DNA of 63,424 nucleotides, filler included, from Folioceros fuciformis (Eukaryota), in NCBI GenBank assembly GCA_049999805.1. It is 5 parts of 5 records of this genome, joined end to end, with 100 filler letters (N's around TTAATTAATTAA, not from the genome) between each part and the next. Parts side by side here need not be neighbours in the genome. Positions count along the whole stretch, not along the records: positions 35,578 to 53,475 come from JBNGIO010005160.1; 4 more parts are not named here. One strand, written 5' to 3'. Within the stretch, counting starts at the first letter, position 1; each line of letters starts with the position of its first letter. Shown in pieces: positions 35,919 to 48,500 of this stretch. The translations under genes were made by a program, and so were the position numbers. A model generated the notes under the pieces. The model did no database searches. It worked only from the letters and a program-made list of their open reading frames with translations, and was not told the origin of the DNA.

Positions 35919-38900
35919 ATGAAATCGTCTGGGAAGATGCTGCTCCTCAGATTGTGCTGGGCTCTAATCCTTGTGTCTTTCTTCCGTTATGCTGCACCCA
36001 CAGGACCTGGACCTGGACCTGGACCTGGCGCAGGAGGAGCAGGAGCAGAGCAAACCGACCTCGACCGGGACGTGGAAGCTCTCCTGGAGATGAAGAAGAG
36101 CTTCGTGGGCCCCGGCGGGAGCTTGGAGTCCTGGACCAACTCCGGATCCCCCAGCCCCAGCCCCTGCAACTGGACGGGCATCACTTGCAGCGTCTCAAGA
36201 ATTGGGGAGTCGTCTCATGACGGCGGCGAATCAAGCCTGCGAGTCACGGAACTGGTGCTCAAGAACGTGTCGCTGCCCGGGAGCTTCTCGCATGCCATCG
36301 GCCGGCTAACCGCGCTCACCAGCCTGGACCTCTCCTCCACCGGCCTCACCGGCAGCATTCCGGAGGAGATCTGGAACCTCACGGCCCTTACCGAGCTGCG
36401 CCTCAACAATAACGGGCTGTCCGGGAACCTTCCTCCTCGCGCCCTCGACCGCTTATCCCAGCTTCGGATCATGGACCTGTCCGACAATGTGCTGACGGGA
36501 GGAATCCCGGACGTGTGTCGCCTCCAGAACCTCACCTACCTTAGCTTGGCTGGGAACTCCTTCCACGGCTGGCTTGCGGAGGATTTGTTTTCTTGCATGC
36601 CGCGGATTTGTTACATGGATTTTGCAGGCAACAATCTTAACGGTCGCATCCCCGCACTGGTAGCCTTCCCCTCCGACGTGCGCCCCAACCTTGTGCATTT
36701 AAATGTCTCCCACAACAGGCTGGAGGGGGAAATCCCGAGACACCTGCCAGCCTTGTCCGTGCTTAACAAACTGGACTTGTCTTGGAACTTGCTCTCGGGG
36801 GAGATTCCTGAGGAGATAGGGCAGCTGCATCAATTGGACGTTTTAATTCTGGCACAGAATAATCTCACAGGGAGGATTCCAGAACAGCTGGCGAATTGCC
36901 GTCGTCTTGAGCATCTGGATCTGGCTCACAACAACCTGTCCGGTACCATTCCTGAGAGTCTGAGCAATTTAAATGGGCTCGTCACATTGGTGCTGCGGGG
37001 GAACCAGCTGAGCGGGGAAATACCCAATTTTTTGGGGGAGCTAAGCAATCTGGAGTTGCTGGACTTGGGTATGAATTTGCTGTGGGGCAAGATCCCCAAG
37101 GACTGGGGGGGAACGCAATCCAAGCTGAACTCTCTTCTGTTCGATGGCAACGGTGTGTATGGGAAGATACCTGCAGAGCTGGGTCTGATCGCAGGGTTGA
37201 AGGTTCTTAACCTCACTGACAACGCCCTGAGGGGACGCATCCCGCCAGGCTTGGGGGCTGCCACGAATCTGACCAATTTGTTGCTGGGCGGCAACAAGCT
37301 CAGCGGGACAATTCCTCGTGAGCTCGGTAAACTGGTTCACCTCCAGGAGCTGAATCTCTTTTCCAACTTCATAACGGGCAGGATTCCTTCAGAGTTTAGG
37401 AGCCTGGAGAACTTGCAGTACTTACAGTTGGAGGAGAACAACCTCACGGGAGAGATCCCACAGGAGCTGTGTAGTTGCGTGCGCTTGAAGTACCTTTCGA
37501 TGCCCCGGAATCAGTTGAGCGGGTCGATCCCCACAGGTTTGGGTAACCTCGTTGAACTTCAAACCATCCTGGACCTGAGCTCTAACAATTTGTCGGGTAC
37601 CATTCCACTGGAGCTGCATCAGCTGACGAAGCTGGAATCTCTCAATCTGTCCAGGAATAAGCTATCAGGTTCAGTTTCAGGTTTCCTGTCGGGGATCCGT
37701 GAGAATTTCAGTTTGCGTCAACTAGATTTGTCGTTCAACGACCTTGAAGGTGAAATCCCATCGACAGAATTCACCAGAAGGTTGAGCGCCAGTTCCTTCC
37801 TCAACAACACAAAGCTTTGCGGTTCTCCGTTGAATGTTTCTTGCTCGGAACATGGATTTCCCGACTCTTCTACCGCTCAGCAGCCAGGCGAAGGGCTTCC
37901 CAGGCCAGTTGAAGGGTCGCTGCCCTTGACCGCTCAAGGGTCTCCCATGCAGGTTCCAAGTCCCGGGCCCCCAGATAGACGTGGTACGCAATCTGCAGGC
38001 GTCTCCAAGACTGCCATCCTGGGATTTGGAATCGCAGTGGCCTCTCTCACTGTAGCACTGCTCCTGGTAGTGTGTGGTATGCGTATATTTATTCAGTACT
38101 GTCGGAGAGATCCGTCGAAGCGCGAAGTAGGAGGCAGAGGGACGGCTAAGAGCGTCTTCCACGGTTTTACTTTCTCAGGTATCCTATGGGAGAGGGACTT
38201 GACCTTCTCCGACATTATGGAAGCAACGGATTACCTCAGCCCCGACAGACAGGTCGGCTCAGGCAGCTTCGGGCCAGTTTACAAGGCAGTCATGCCTGAT
38301 GGGGAGATCCTTGCTGTCAAGGCTCTCAAGCTTGAACACGAGGCTCCTGTCATGCCACATGATAAGAAGACCATCACTGCAATAGTCAACCTCTGCAAAG
38401 TACGTCATCGGCATCTGCTCAGGCTGCTCGGGTTTTGCGCACACAAAGGGCGGAGTTTGCTGATCTACGAGTACATGCAAAACGGGAGCCTATGGGACCA
38501 TCTTCATGGAGCTTGCGTGAAATTATCCGTGTCAGGTAACTTGGTGGTTGGTTGCCGTTGTGTTCACCTTCCTTCAGGCTTCATCCATTGCGTGGGACAG
38601 ACAATGTCATGACGTCGTGTTTCTTTCTCGTGGGTGAGTAGTCGTTGAGAGTATGTGTGAATGAATGAATACCTGTTGTCACGTGGGCAGGGCATCAAAC
38701 CTTCTGGTCAAGTCCGGAGCCGGATAGCAGTATTTTGGACTGGCCACACCGTTATGACATCGCTTTGGGAACGGCGAAGGCATTGGCTTACCTCCACCAT
38801 GACTGCGTACCACGGATTCTTCATGGTGACATCAAGTCCACGAATATCCTCCTCGACACGCACATGATCCCGTACGTGAGTGACTTCGGATTGGTAGAGC

Positions 38901-39582
38901 TGCTACCCAAGGGCTCCTCGGATTCCCAAGCTGCTCCCAGCTTCCTTTCCGGTTCTCGAGGATACACTGCTCCTGGTCTGTCTCTCTGTCCCTCTCTAAC
39001 AGCACAGCATTGAAAATGTAGCTTACCAGGATCCTCTGTCCACATTTGCTTGCACAGAATGATGGCACACTTGAAGATGGCGAGCTGAGGCTGCGCCTTG
39101 TCTTCGAAGTTCCTTTCTCTTACCCATCCATGGCTCTGTGTCGTAACTTGTTCACAGACTACGAGTACACCGGAACCATGTCGGAAGAAGGTGATGTGTA
39201 CAGCTTTGGCGTAGTGCTCATGGAGATGATCACAGGGAGGACGGCTGCTGACTGCGGCTTTCCTGACGGCATTCCCACTCTGGTAGGATGGCTGAGATAC
39301 TGCAGGGCATGCCGCCTATCCATCGAGATGGTTTTCGACAACAGACTGCAAGTCCTCATATCGGATCTGGAGCGTTATGAGATGCTACTGGTTTTGAAGA
39401 TAGCCTACATGTGCACCAACGACATGCCGTCCAAGCGGCCATCCATGCGAAATGTTGTGAACCTTCTGAAGGAGGTCAAGAGGCAAAGCATGACAGCCGG
39501 CGACTGCTTTTCTCTCTTCGCAACAAAGAGTCTGGCGGACATACTTCCACCAGGCGGGGTTGGGGAGTTCGAGAGCCGCTGA
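35919..39582 (+). CDS. LRR receptor-like kinase, subfamily XI/GSO1-like; exons approximately 35919-38535, 38691-38974, 39158-39582
   Basis: Signal peptide, CNWTGITC cap, roughly 20 LxxLxLxxNxLxGxIP repeats, FLNNTKLCG cap, TM helix, and kinase motifs GSGSFG, LAVK, RHRHL, HGDIKSTN, DFG and DVYSFG. Confidence 0.93.
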
Positions 39583-39825
39583 ACTGGCCAGCCCCCTGTG
39601 TACATACATCTAATCTAATCTAGGTTGGATACTTTTTGGCCTGCTGGGCAACTGCCTGTCACAAGGCTTCTTCTGCATGTGAGTCACCAGATTCTTGCAA
39701 GCGCTTTTTGGCAAGGTCTGGAGGAAGCTGGCTTGCTGTGAACCTTGGTCTGACGCCGTGTACTTGCCCTGCAGATGCCCACGTAGCCCGAGCCCAAGGA
39801 GAGCGGGAGGTGCTCGGATTCCACC

Positions 39826-41157
39826 ATGTGTGACACCAAAGGCAGCACAGCCAACTGGAGGCTGGATTTAGCACGCCTCTTCATTCGGTCATCGCACGCG
39901 GAAATTGATCCAGCCCTGCCACACCTGCTCTCTGTGCTGCAATCCGTGGGGGCTTCGGAGTGCTGGCACAAGCACGGCACTTTCTTCGAGCACCTACTGC
40001 ATGTCTACCAAATTCTCAAGCTTTGGAACGTGCCGGATGCTGTGGCACGATGCGGCCTCTTCCACTCTTCCTACTCCAATTCCTACGTGAATCTGGCCAT
40101 CTTCAAGTCCAACGTGGAGAGGCAGAAAGTCCGCGATTTGGTGGGTGACGTCGCGGAGGAGCTGATTCACTTGTTCTGTATTGTGCCCCGCCAGGAGCTC
40201 ATCTTCAACTTCCTCCTGTTCAACTACACCGATGAGCAGCTGCGAGATGCCTTGAAGGACACAGAGCCCTACTTCGACGAGGAGGGCAACGTCAAGGTGA
40301 AGACGGCCACTAATAGCCAAGCAAACGGTGACCTAAGTGCGCAGTTCGAGCAGGCGGACACGGTCGTCACTGAGCTTGATGGAAGAACCAGGACACCTTT
40401 CCTGCCACCGGAGGGCATTGCGGTAAAGCATATTCGCACGGGCGAGGATTTGCAGGTCAGCAGGCACCTGATTGCCATCTTCCTCACTCTCACCATGGCA
40501 GATTTTATAGACCAGCTCTACGGCTGGCAGGACGAGCTCTTTGGGAATGAGGACGGGAAGTTGGAATTCAAGGGAAACAAATGGACAGCCCTGTGGCCTG
40601 GAGATGGCAAGCCTGGGCTCTGGGTGAGCTCTATCTCTCGAATGGGCGTCCTGCTCAACATACTGGTCCGAGAGGAAAAGCTGGAAGCTGCTCTAAATCC
40701 TGTTGGCACGCCTAGGGGAACAGCGACCGCAAGAAGCTTGGTTGACGACATCCGATTGGTACTACCTCCGGTGTTCAACACCTGCTCCGTCATCCTCCCT
40801 CCATCTGACCAAATTCGTGCCAGGGACCTGTACCACAAGGCCATTTCCTTCCCAGCCGAGAAGAATGTGCTGGAGCTGGCAGAACCCTTGCTGAAGGAGG
40901 CCTCCCTATCCAACCCGTGGGTAGCAGAGCCACGCCTGGTGCTGGCTCAAATACACCTATCCACAGGCAGGCATGAAGATGCAGAAAGGGAGGCGAAGCA
41001 GGGGCTGCAGCTGCTCCTGGAATGGGGCACCAACTGGGACAAGAAGATGACCTGGGAAGGCTGGATTGCCTGGGCCCGCGTGTTGCTGCAGAATGCCAGA
41101 GAGAAGCAGTGGCCTTCTCATTCTTGGGGCATCATAAACCTGGGCCTCGTCAAGTGA
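39826..41157 (+). CDS. Single-exon DUF6817-type protein (HD-like N-terminal domain, TPR-like C-terminus)
   Basis: 443-aa intact ORF with GASECWHKHGTFFEHL...CGLFHSSYSNSYVNLAIF, LWPGDGKPGLW and WGTNWDKKMTWEGWIAW...WGIINLGLVK. Confidence 0.8.
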   Translation: MCDTKGSTANWRLDLARLFIRSSHAEIDPALPHLLSVLQSVGASECWHKHGTFFEHLLHVYQILKLWNVPDAVARCGLFHSSYSNSYVNLAIFKSNVERQKVRDLVGDVAEELIHLFCIVPRQELIFNFLLFNYTDEQLRDALKDTEPYFDEEGNVKVKTATNSQANGDLSAQFEQADTVVTELDGRTRTPFLPPEGIAVKHIRTGEDLQVSRHLIAIFLTLTMADFIDQLYGWQDELFGNEDGKLEFKGNKWTALWPGDGKPGLWVSSISRMGVLLNILVREEKLEAALNPVGTPRGTATARSLVDDIRLVLPPVFNTCSVILPPSDQIRARDLYHKAISFPAEKNVLELAEPLLKEASLSNPWVAEPRLVLAQIHLSTGRHEDAEREAKQGLQLLLEWGTNWDKKMTWEGWIAWARVLLQNAREKQWPSHSWGIINLGLVK

Positions 41158-42592
41158 TCTACGTCTTGAACCGCACATGACACCCTCGAGGAAGCCAGTG
41201 TTGTATGATTTATGTGCAAGTACCACTTACTCCTACTGTGCTGGCTGATTCAGTGAATGTAGGCAGCAAGCAGCACATAAGAGTTCACGAGTCCCTTGCC
41301 CTCAGGTATCTCATCTCTCTGCTGCTCAGTTCCCCTTCGTCTGTAAGGGGTGTGTGCAGATACCCATGAAGGTGCCCGGGGTGTGAATGGGCATACACAT
41401 GTAGCTTCCACGTCGTCGTTTCCCCACTGCATAGAGCATCTCGCAGCCGCTTGTGTGTAATTTATGCCCAGGGAACATACAAGCTTGTGTTAGTTAGCAG
41501 GACAGAATCTGTAACCGAGCCCACGCGAATTCCCTTCACGCGTCACGCAGACACAACGACCTCAACGACCGCCCGTTATATGGGCAATGAGCATCTACGT
41601 TAGCCGGCACCCTGAGGGCGCACATGCGGAACCAAGGGTGCCGATGCACCCACTTGTCCACCGTCCCCCGCTCGGGTGCGCCGAGGCCCAATGGCACGTT
41701 CCCTGGAGTTCCTGCCGAATCTTCGCCTTGTCCAGTTTATCAGATTAGGGCTTCCGGCGCCCGCCTGTTCTCCGCGTCCCTGTCCTCAGGTGTCGACGAA
41801 ACTGGATCTTTCCGGAACCACGATGCTGCTGTGGGAACGGGGAGGCCGTGTCGCAGCGTGGCGAGCCCAGAGCCAGCGGCTCTGGCTGCCAACCACTGAT
41901 ACCAGGCTCATCTGTGCGCTGGCCCCGCGCATTGCGCCGCTCCGCTCGCTTACTTCCAGGCTTTCCCCGAGGAATTTGCCGGCCACTTCTAATTTCGTCC
42001 TTCTTCTGGAGCTGGATAAACCGCGCTTTCAGAGCTTCGTGGGTTGCTTGGTCTGGCGGTTGCTGCACTGGCTGAGAAATCGCTCCCTCGGATTCTGCGA
42101 CTGTGTCACACGTCGAAGAGTTGGAACGACTGGAAATTTCGCTTCTTTGCGCACCGTGTCGTCCCCTCGCGTACTTGCACTGTGAAAAAGATTCAGGCTT
42201 CTTTCCATTTTACAGCGGCAGCTGCAGTGTTGCAGCTCTGAATTTCTGAAGAGCACTTCCGGCGGCCGTGATCGGAGATTTCTAGGCTTTCAGCGATTCC
42301 TGACCCGCTTCTCCCACATTCTCAGCTTTTCTGTGATCATTGGCGACAGCTCGTAGGAGAGCCTGACTTAATGGAGGATTGTCTCTGGACCATACGCGGC
42401 GGAGTTGCACGCATCTTTCAGGAATACTTGTGAGCTTGCAGCACGGAAATTCAGCTGCCAGATCGTCCCGCAATTGGACTCGTTGTGATCCTTGCACATT
42501 GTAAGCACGCTTGCGAGTAGCTGCGTGCATGTGAAGCAGTGTGGTCTGAACGCCGTGATAAGGGAATCTTGAAGAGGGCTTGAGGTGTGAGA

Positions 42593-45500
42593 ATGGCTCC
42601 CCGCGGCACAGGGAAGGCTAAGGCGCAAAAGCAAAGAGGCGAGAAAAGGAAGAAGGAGAAAGGTATGTACCCCTGGCAAAGGAATGGAGATCACAGCTCG
42701 GGCTTTGACCTCCTTCAGGATATAGCTGTATCAGAAATCGTGTGTCCGTCGCGCAGCACAGCTCTTTCTTCCGGGTGAATTTCTTCATCTATCTGCCTGT
42801 AAAATGTACCCGTGCCCTACAGCTGGGAGGACCGTGCCTTGTCGGTCTTAGTCATCAGGTTGGATGGAATCTAAGATAGCGTGGTGGAGCCTATCCACAG
42901 AAAAATCTCTTTTACTAGAACGTTCTTGTGAACATCTAGCCAGGGCCATAGCCATCCTCGACAGTCTTGAGGCCTTGGGAATGTGCTTTACCGGAGCGTG
43001 ATTTTCCTTTCTCTTGTCGCAGTTTCTGTGCCTTACGAGGTCGACATTGGCGTGAATCTTCCAGACTGCAGTCACGTTTTGTTGAAGGTGAGTGAGTGCC
43101 TCGCCTGTAGATCAGAGCAGAGCAGGTGGCTGCGGGCTCTAGCTGGATTGGAGTATGATTAGCCTTTCTGCATTGAAATTGTCCGTGACCGCCTGCCGCG
43201 TGCCATTTCTGCAGGCAATCTCGACAGACCGAATTTTGGATGTTCGGAGATTGCTGTCGGCTCATGTTGACACATGCCATTTGACACGCTACTCTTTGCA
43301 CCACGAGGTGAGGACCTCTGTTCCTTGAACCTTGGCTTGGTGTGATCGCGTGCAGTTCCAAATTTATTAGTGTGATGAAGAGCATTCTGCTTCCATGCTT
43401 CAGGTGCGGGGTTCCAGACTACGGGACGCGCAGGAGGTTTCATTCCTGAAGCCTCGGGTTCTCGCGTTGTGTGAAGGTGTCTCTCAGGATTATTGATTTG
43501 ACTGCTGCTTCGTTGATTGTCGCGTCTGGCCTGATTTTTACGGACTGACTTGCACCTCTCTCACGTAGAGGATTATGACGAAGGTCAAGCGGTGGCGCAT
43601 GTCAGGCGACTTCTGGACATCATGGCCTGTGTTTCTTGCTTTGGACCTTCTGCTAGAGAGAAAAAACTTCAGGTAAACCAGATCTGGAGTTATTCTTGAC
43701 GTGATGAAATCCCGTGGGAGTTGCGGTCCTGATGAATCAGTTAGTGAGGGGAGTCTGACAGAGGAGCGGATTTCTGCTGAGGTGGGGAAGCAGGACAGAA
43801 GCGCCCATGGCCGTGGGAGGTGCCAGCAGAAAGCGGATGAAGTTGGAGCTCTGGCTCCGGCTGCTGCGGTAGCTGCAGCTAAAGAAGCTACAGAACGAGG
43901 TGACATGTCTGGAATGTGTCCCCCATCGGAGCTGGGGCAATTCTACGAGTTTTTTTCGTTCGCGCACTTGACCCCTCCGTTACAATGTGGGTGATTTCCT
44001 AGCTTTGCCGCCCATAGCACCAGCAAAAGTTAAGAGATGGTGTGGCTGAGGTGGGCGGCATGTTTGGTGCAGTTCTAAGACGAACAGCCAAGGAGGAAAA
44101 GCAGGATGGTGCCGCGTTTTTCACGATCGAGGTAAGTAGACTGTTCTGCAATCTTCGTACGTTCTAGGATACAGGGTCTCAATGTGGCTATCACTGGGAA
44201 GGCAACGGGTGGCAGACACACCCTCTTGTTGTTGTTGAGAACTCTGAGAGTTGATTCCTGGGGGATTGCCGTATGCATCCAGGTTTGTTCTATGAGCACT
44301 TACAATTCAGGCTGTGTGTGCTAATTGGAGGTCAGTGCTGTTTATGATGTACGACCTGAGTGCAAACCTGCCTCAGCACCGCATCTGTGCGGTATTCCCA
44401 GGTCTGCCCAGTGATCTAGTGTTAGGAATGTTTCTCAAAGAGAGCCAGTGAGTTCGTCCAACACTGGTATTGTCGAGGGGTCCTTCGAAGGCACAGTTGA
44501 CCTGTCATTCACATTCTCCACTTGACATGCCCGCAGGTCAGGTTATGTAATGGGAAACTCGCCACGGTCACCGCATATGCAAGTGGCTTTCACAGCAATG
44601 GCAAGCAGTCTCTTCGAAGTCACACTCTCGTTGCCCTGCTAAAACGTCTGAGCCAAGCGTTTTCGAAGGTAGAGGACCGTCCTGCATGACGTTCCTGTAT
44701 TACAGGCTTTGATTCGCGCACATAATCATTTTTTTGACCAATGTCGCAGGCCTACGACTTGCTTCTGAAGGCTTTCTCAGAGCGAAACAAGGTAGCTACA
44801 AGTGCTGCGTTTGTGAAAGCTCGTTGCAGATCTTTCTATAAGGCTCGTGTCCATGGCTACTAGGATTCTGAAAAACTGCATGGCTGAACGGGATCTCTGC
44901 AGTTTGGCAACCCACCATACGGCCTGCGCTCCAATACCTGGGTTGTACCTCCCATTGCTGCTGAGGTCCCCTCTACCTTCCATTCTCTTCCCACAGAGGA
45001 TGAGACATGGGGTGGGTCAGGGGGAGGTCAAGGCCGTGCTGAGAACGGCAGAGATAGACCCTGGGCCCAAGAATTCGCAATCCTTGCTAGAATGCCTTGC
45101 GGGTCTGTGGAGGAACGACGAATTCGTGACAGGAAAGCATTCCTGCTTCACAACCTTTTTGTTGATGTGGCTGTCACAGTCGCTGCCACGACCATCCAAC
45201 ACTTGCAGGCACTTGGGAATTATGATTCTTTGAAGGATGGTGAATGGCACCAAGGGGAGGTCCGGAACCTTGCAGTCAGGGTTTCACGGGACGGTACTGA
45301 TGCCAGTAACAAATTTGAGACGAAGATCGAAGGAAGCCATCTCCGAGGCAAGACTGCATCCGATCTCGCTGAAAGAAACCTCCTCAAGGGAATAACGGCG
45401 GATGAAAACAGCACAGTACAAGTGAGTTGGTGTTTCCTTCGTGGCATTCCGGACGCTACTTTGTAGCGTCCAAGCTTGGGAGTCCCTGCTGCTGCTGCCT

Positions 45501-48500
45501 CAAAGTAACGGGAAGGGCGTCTGGGTATCATGACAAAGGAATAAATTCTTGCAGGACCAGGAAACTTTTGGTGTGGTGGTAGTCCGGCACAGAGGTTACA
45601 TTGCCGTGGTGGAAGCAATAGGCCTTAACGCTGTAGATACCGCGAGCCTTCCCGATGACTTTCACATTGAAGACTCTCCTGAAGGAGGAGCCAACTCCCT
45701 CAACGTAAACAGGTGCGGGAATCGTAGCAACATCTGACTATGGGTGTGTAGGTTTCCTTGTCACTAACCATTTCTTCTGTGCAGTCTTCGGACGCTTTTG
45801 CACACGAAGTCATCTGATTCACGAGAGCTAGAGCTCGAGGTTGCTGAGAATCAACTTGAAGGAGTTCTGCAACGCAGTCTGGCTCGTCTTGAAAGTGAAG
45901 AAAGCCTTTCAAATTTTTCTATCCGTTTGGAGCTTGCAGCATGTTGGCTGCAGCACTTGCAGACCGAGGCTGACAGCAAGGACGTGAAAGCCACGGTTGC
46001 TGCTGACGGGGATCAGGAGAATGCTGAGGAAGGGAAACGAACTCCTAGAGTTTCAGATACGCAAGCCATTGCTGAGGTCGTGCCTGTGCTTGATGCACAT
46101 CTTCAACTGCGGACGAGGCTCAATGAAGCTGCATTCAACCGGTTGAAACAATCAGGAGCCGGATTGCACGTCAAGGTCTTCTACTGAACTATAGGTTACC
46201 CAGGACTGTACAAATGATGACGAATTTGTCTTCTTCGCTCATGCCGCAACATCTATTGTTGTACAGACGCTGGCGGAGCTCATGGACGGTGCCAAGATTT
46301 TCTACGAGGAAGTTGCTCTCACTAAGCTGGTGAGGACTTGGCGATGTCAGGATCTACGATGTCCTGGGTTCTGTCAGCTCGATGGGCTATTCCGGAGAAC
46401 TCATTGTGGTTCGCTGTTTCAGGTTTCTGATTTCAGTTCCTTAGAGCTAGCTCCTGTGGATGGTCGAAGCTTAAGTGACTTCATGCATGCCCGGGGGCTG
46501 CAAATGCGGTCACTGGGTCGGGTGGTAAGGCTTCTACTTTCAGGCTGGATTGGATAGCTCCAGTATCTTGTGCGTTGTTGGTTCTGAGAACATTACCGTC
46601 CAACAGGCAGAGCTCGCAGCAAAGTTACCTCATGTTCAGTCACTGTGCGAGCATGAGATGGTTACTCGGGCCCTCAAGCATGTAGTGCGAGCGAGTGTGG
46701 CTTCCTCGGACTACACAGTGCAACTGGCTCCCACAATTGCGTCCATTTTCAACTTCGCATTTGGAAGCTGGCCGACTGAAGAGGATATCACCTGCCGAGG
46801 AAACATTTGCCTCTGGAATTGGGTAGAAACCTTCGTGAGGAAGAGGTACAATTGGACTCTCAGAGAATCAACTCGCTCGGAGTTGCGAAAGTGTGCCGTG
46901 CTCCGTGGACTTTGCCACAAGGTGAGCTCTTCAATTCGAGAGAAAATTTCTGTGCCTCTTTCGAATGCTGATCAGTTTGGCGAATCAGGTCGGAATCGAA
47001 ATTGCAGCCCGAAATTACAACATGGATTCGCCTAGGCCTTTCGCAAATCTGGACATCATTAGCATGGTACCTGTGTACAAGGTGAGTGGCAGCATTCCTC
47101 ATGGCGCGACTTCTCCCTCATTCTACGTTCTCGAAGGCGACCCCGCTACTCCAACCCCATTACTAATCCACTCTTGGCCTTCCTTACGCCTTGCATCGCA
47201 GCACGTGTCGTGCTCATCTGCAGACGGCCGGACACTGCTGGAATCCTGTAAAGCTGCTTTGGACAAAGGCAAGGGTGATGAAGCCATCAAACATGGAGTT
47301 AAGGTAAAAGTGACGTTCATTCGCTTCACAAGTGAGCACCTGAAAGTGACGGACATCCTTCAACTTGTGAAATCTTAAGCTCACTCCACGAGAGACGTCC
47401 TGGGACCAGGCCTTGAACAAACTCATGTATGTGTGTGGACCGTACCACCGAATGACAGCAGGAGCGTACAGTCTCTTAGCTGTGGTACTCTACCACACTG
47501 GGGACTACAACCAGGTGAGCATCGCGGCATGGTTGTGGTATTTAAGTACATATCCGCTCTGCTACAAATAGGGAAGCTGAACTGATGTATCGTGGACTGA
47601 TGTATCTGGACACCCATGTCCAGGCCACGATCTACCAACAGAAGGCTCTGGACATTAACGAGCGGGAACTTGGGCTGGACCATCCTGACACCATTAAGAG
47701 CTACGGCGACGTGGCCGTCTTCTACTATCGGCTGCAGCATACGGAGCTCGCAGTGAAGTAAGCTGGTCACCTACATTACGTATTAACGTACACGAATGGT
47801 GTATGTCCTAGAATCGGGTGGTACTTCTCCGGGTGCCTTAAGCTCGGAGCGGGAGAGTGGGTGTGACCTGTACCTGGCTGTGGCAGGTACGTGACCCGTG
47901 CGCTCTACCTGTTGCATTTGATATGCGGGCCATCGCACCCGAACAGCGCGGCAACCTACATCAATGTGGCCATGATGGAGGAAGGTCTCGGCAACATCGA
48001 CATCTCCCTGCGCTACCTCCACGAAGCTCTAACATTCAACCAGCGCCTGCTCGGCCCCGACCATACCCAGGTAGGTGTATGCGTACATGCCGTCGTATCT
48101 CACCTACTCTTCATGGTACGCGTGCTTGCCTGCTTGCTTGGTACATACGTATTATGTACACCTTGAACCAGGTCATGATTGGCAAATGACTAGAACATGA
48201 ATATAGTACCATTTAGGGTTAGGTTGAACCCGCCGAAGGCGATTTAGAAAGGGAAAGCCTGGATTCCACTTCCTAGTCCAGGAGGCGGAATTATTGACGG
48301 GACTTTGCTTATGCACGCTGTCGTTCTACTTCTCCTCCCTTGCTGCGTCTGGTGCCTTCCCGATCGTCCTCCCGTCCTGTGGGCTTGCCTGGCATCGCGC
48401 CTCGTCTTAGCCCTAGAACTGTGTTGCCAGCTGAAAGAGCGCCTCGCCTGGCCTTCTCTTGCTTGCATGACCTCGTCCTGATTCGGTGCCTAGCTTGGCT

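Noticed and set aside
24161..41157. ABCG transporter, LRR kinase and DUF6817 gene as a defence cluster
   Set aside because: ABCG and the kinase are on different contigs separated by an artificial linker, and there is no evidence of functional linkage.
41676..42185. 169-aa ORF upstream of REC as a conserved uORF
   Set aside because: GC-rich leader sequence, the transcription start is unknown, and the peptide is unrecognisable.
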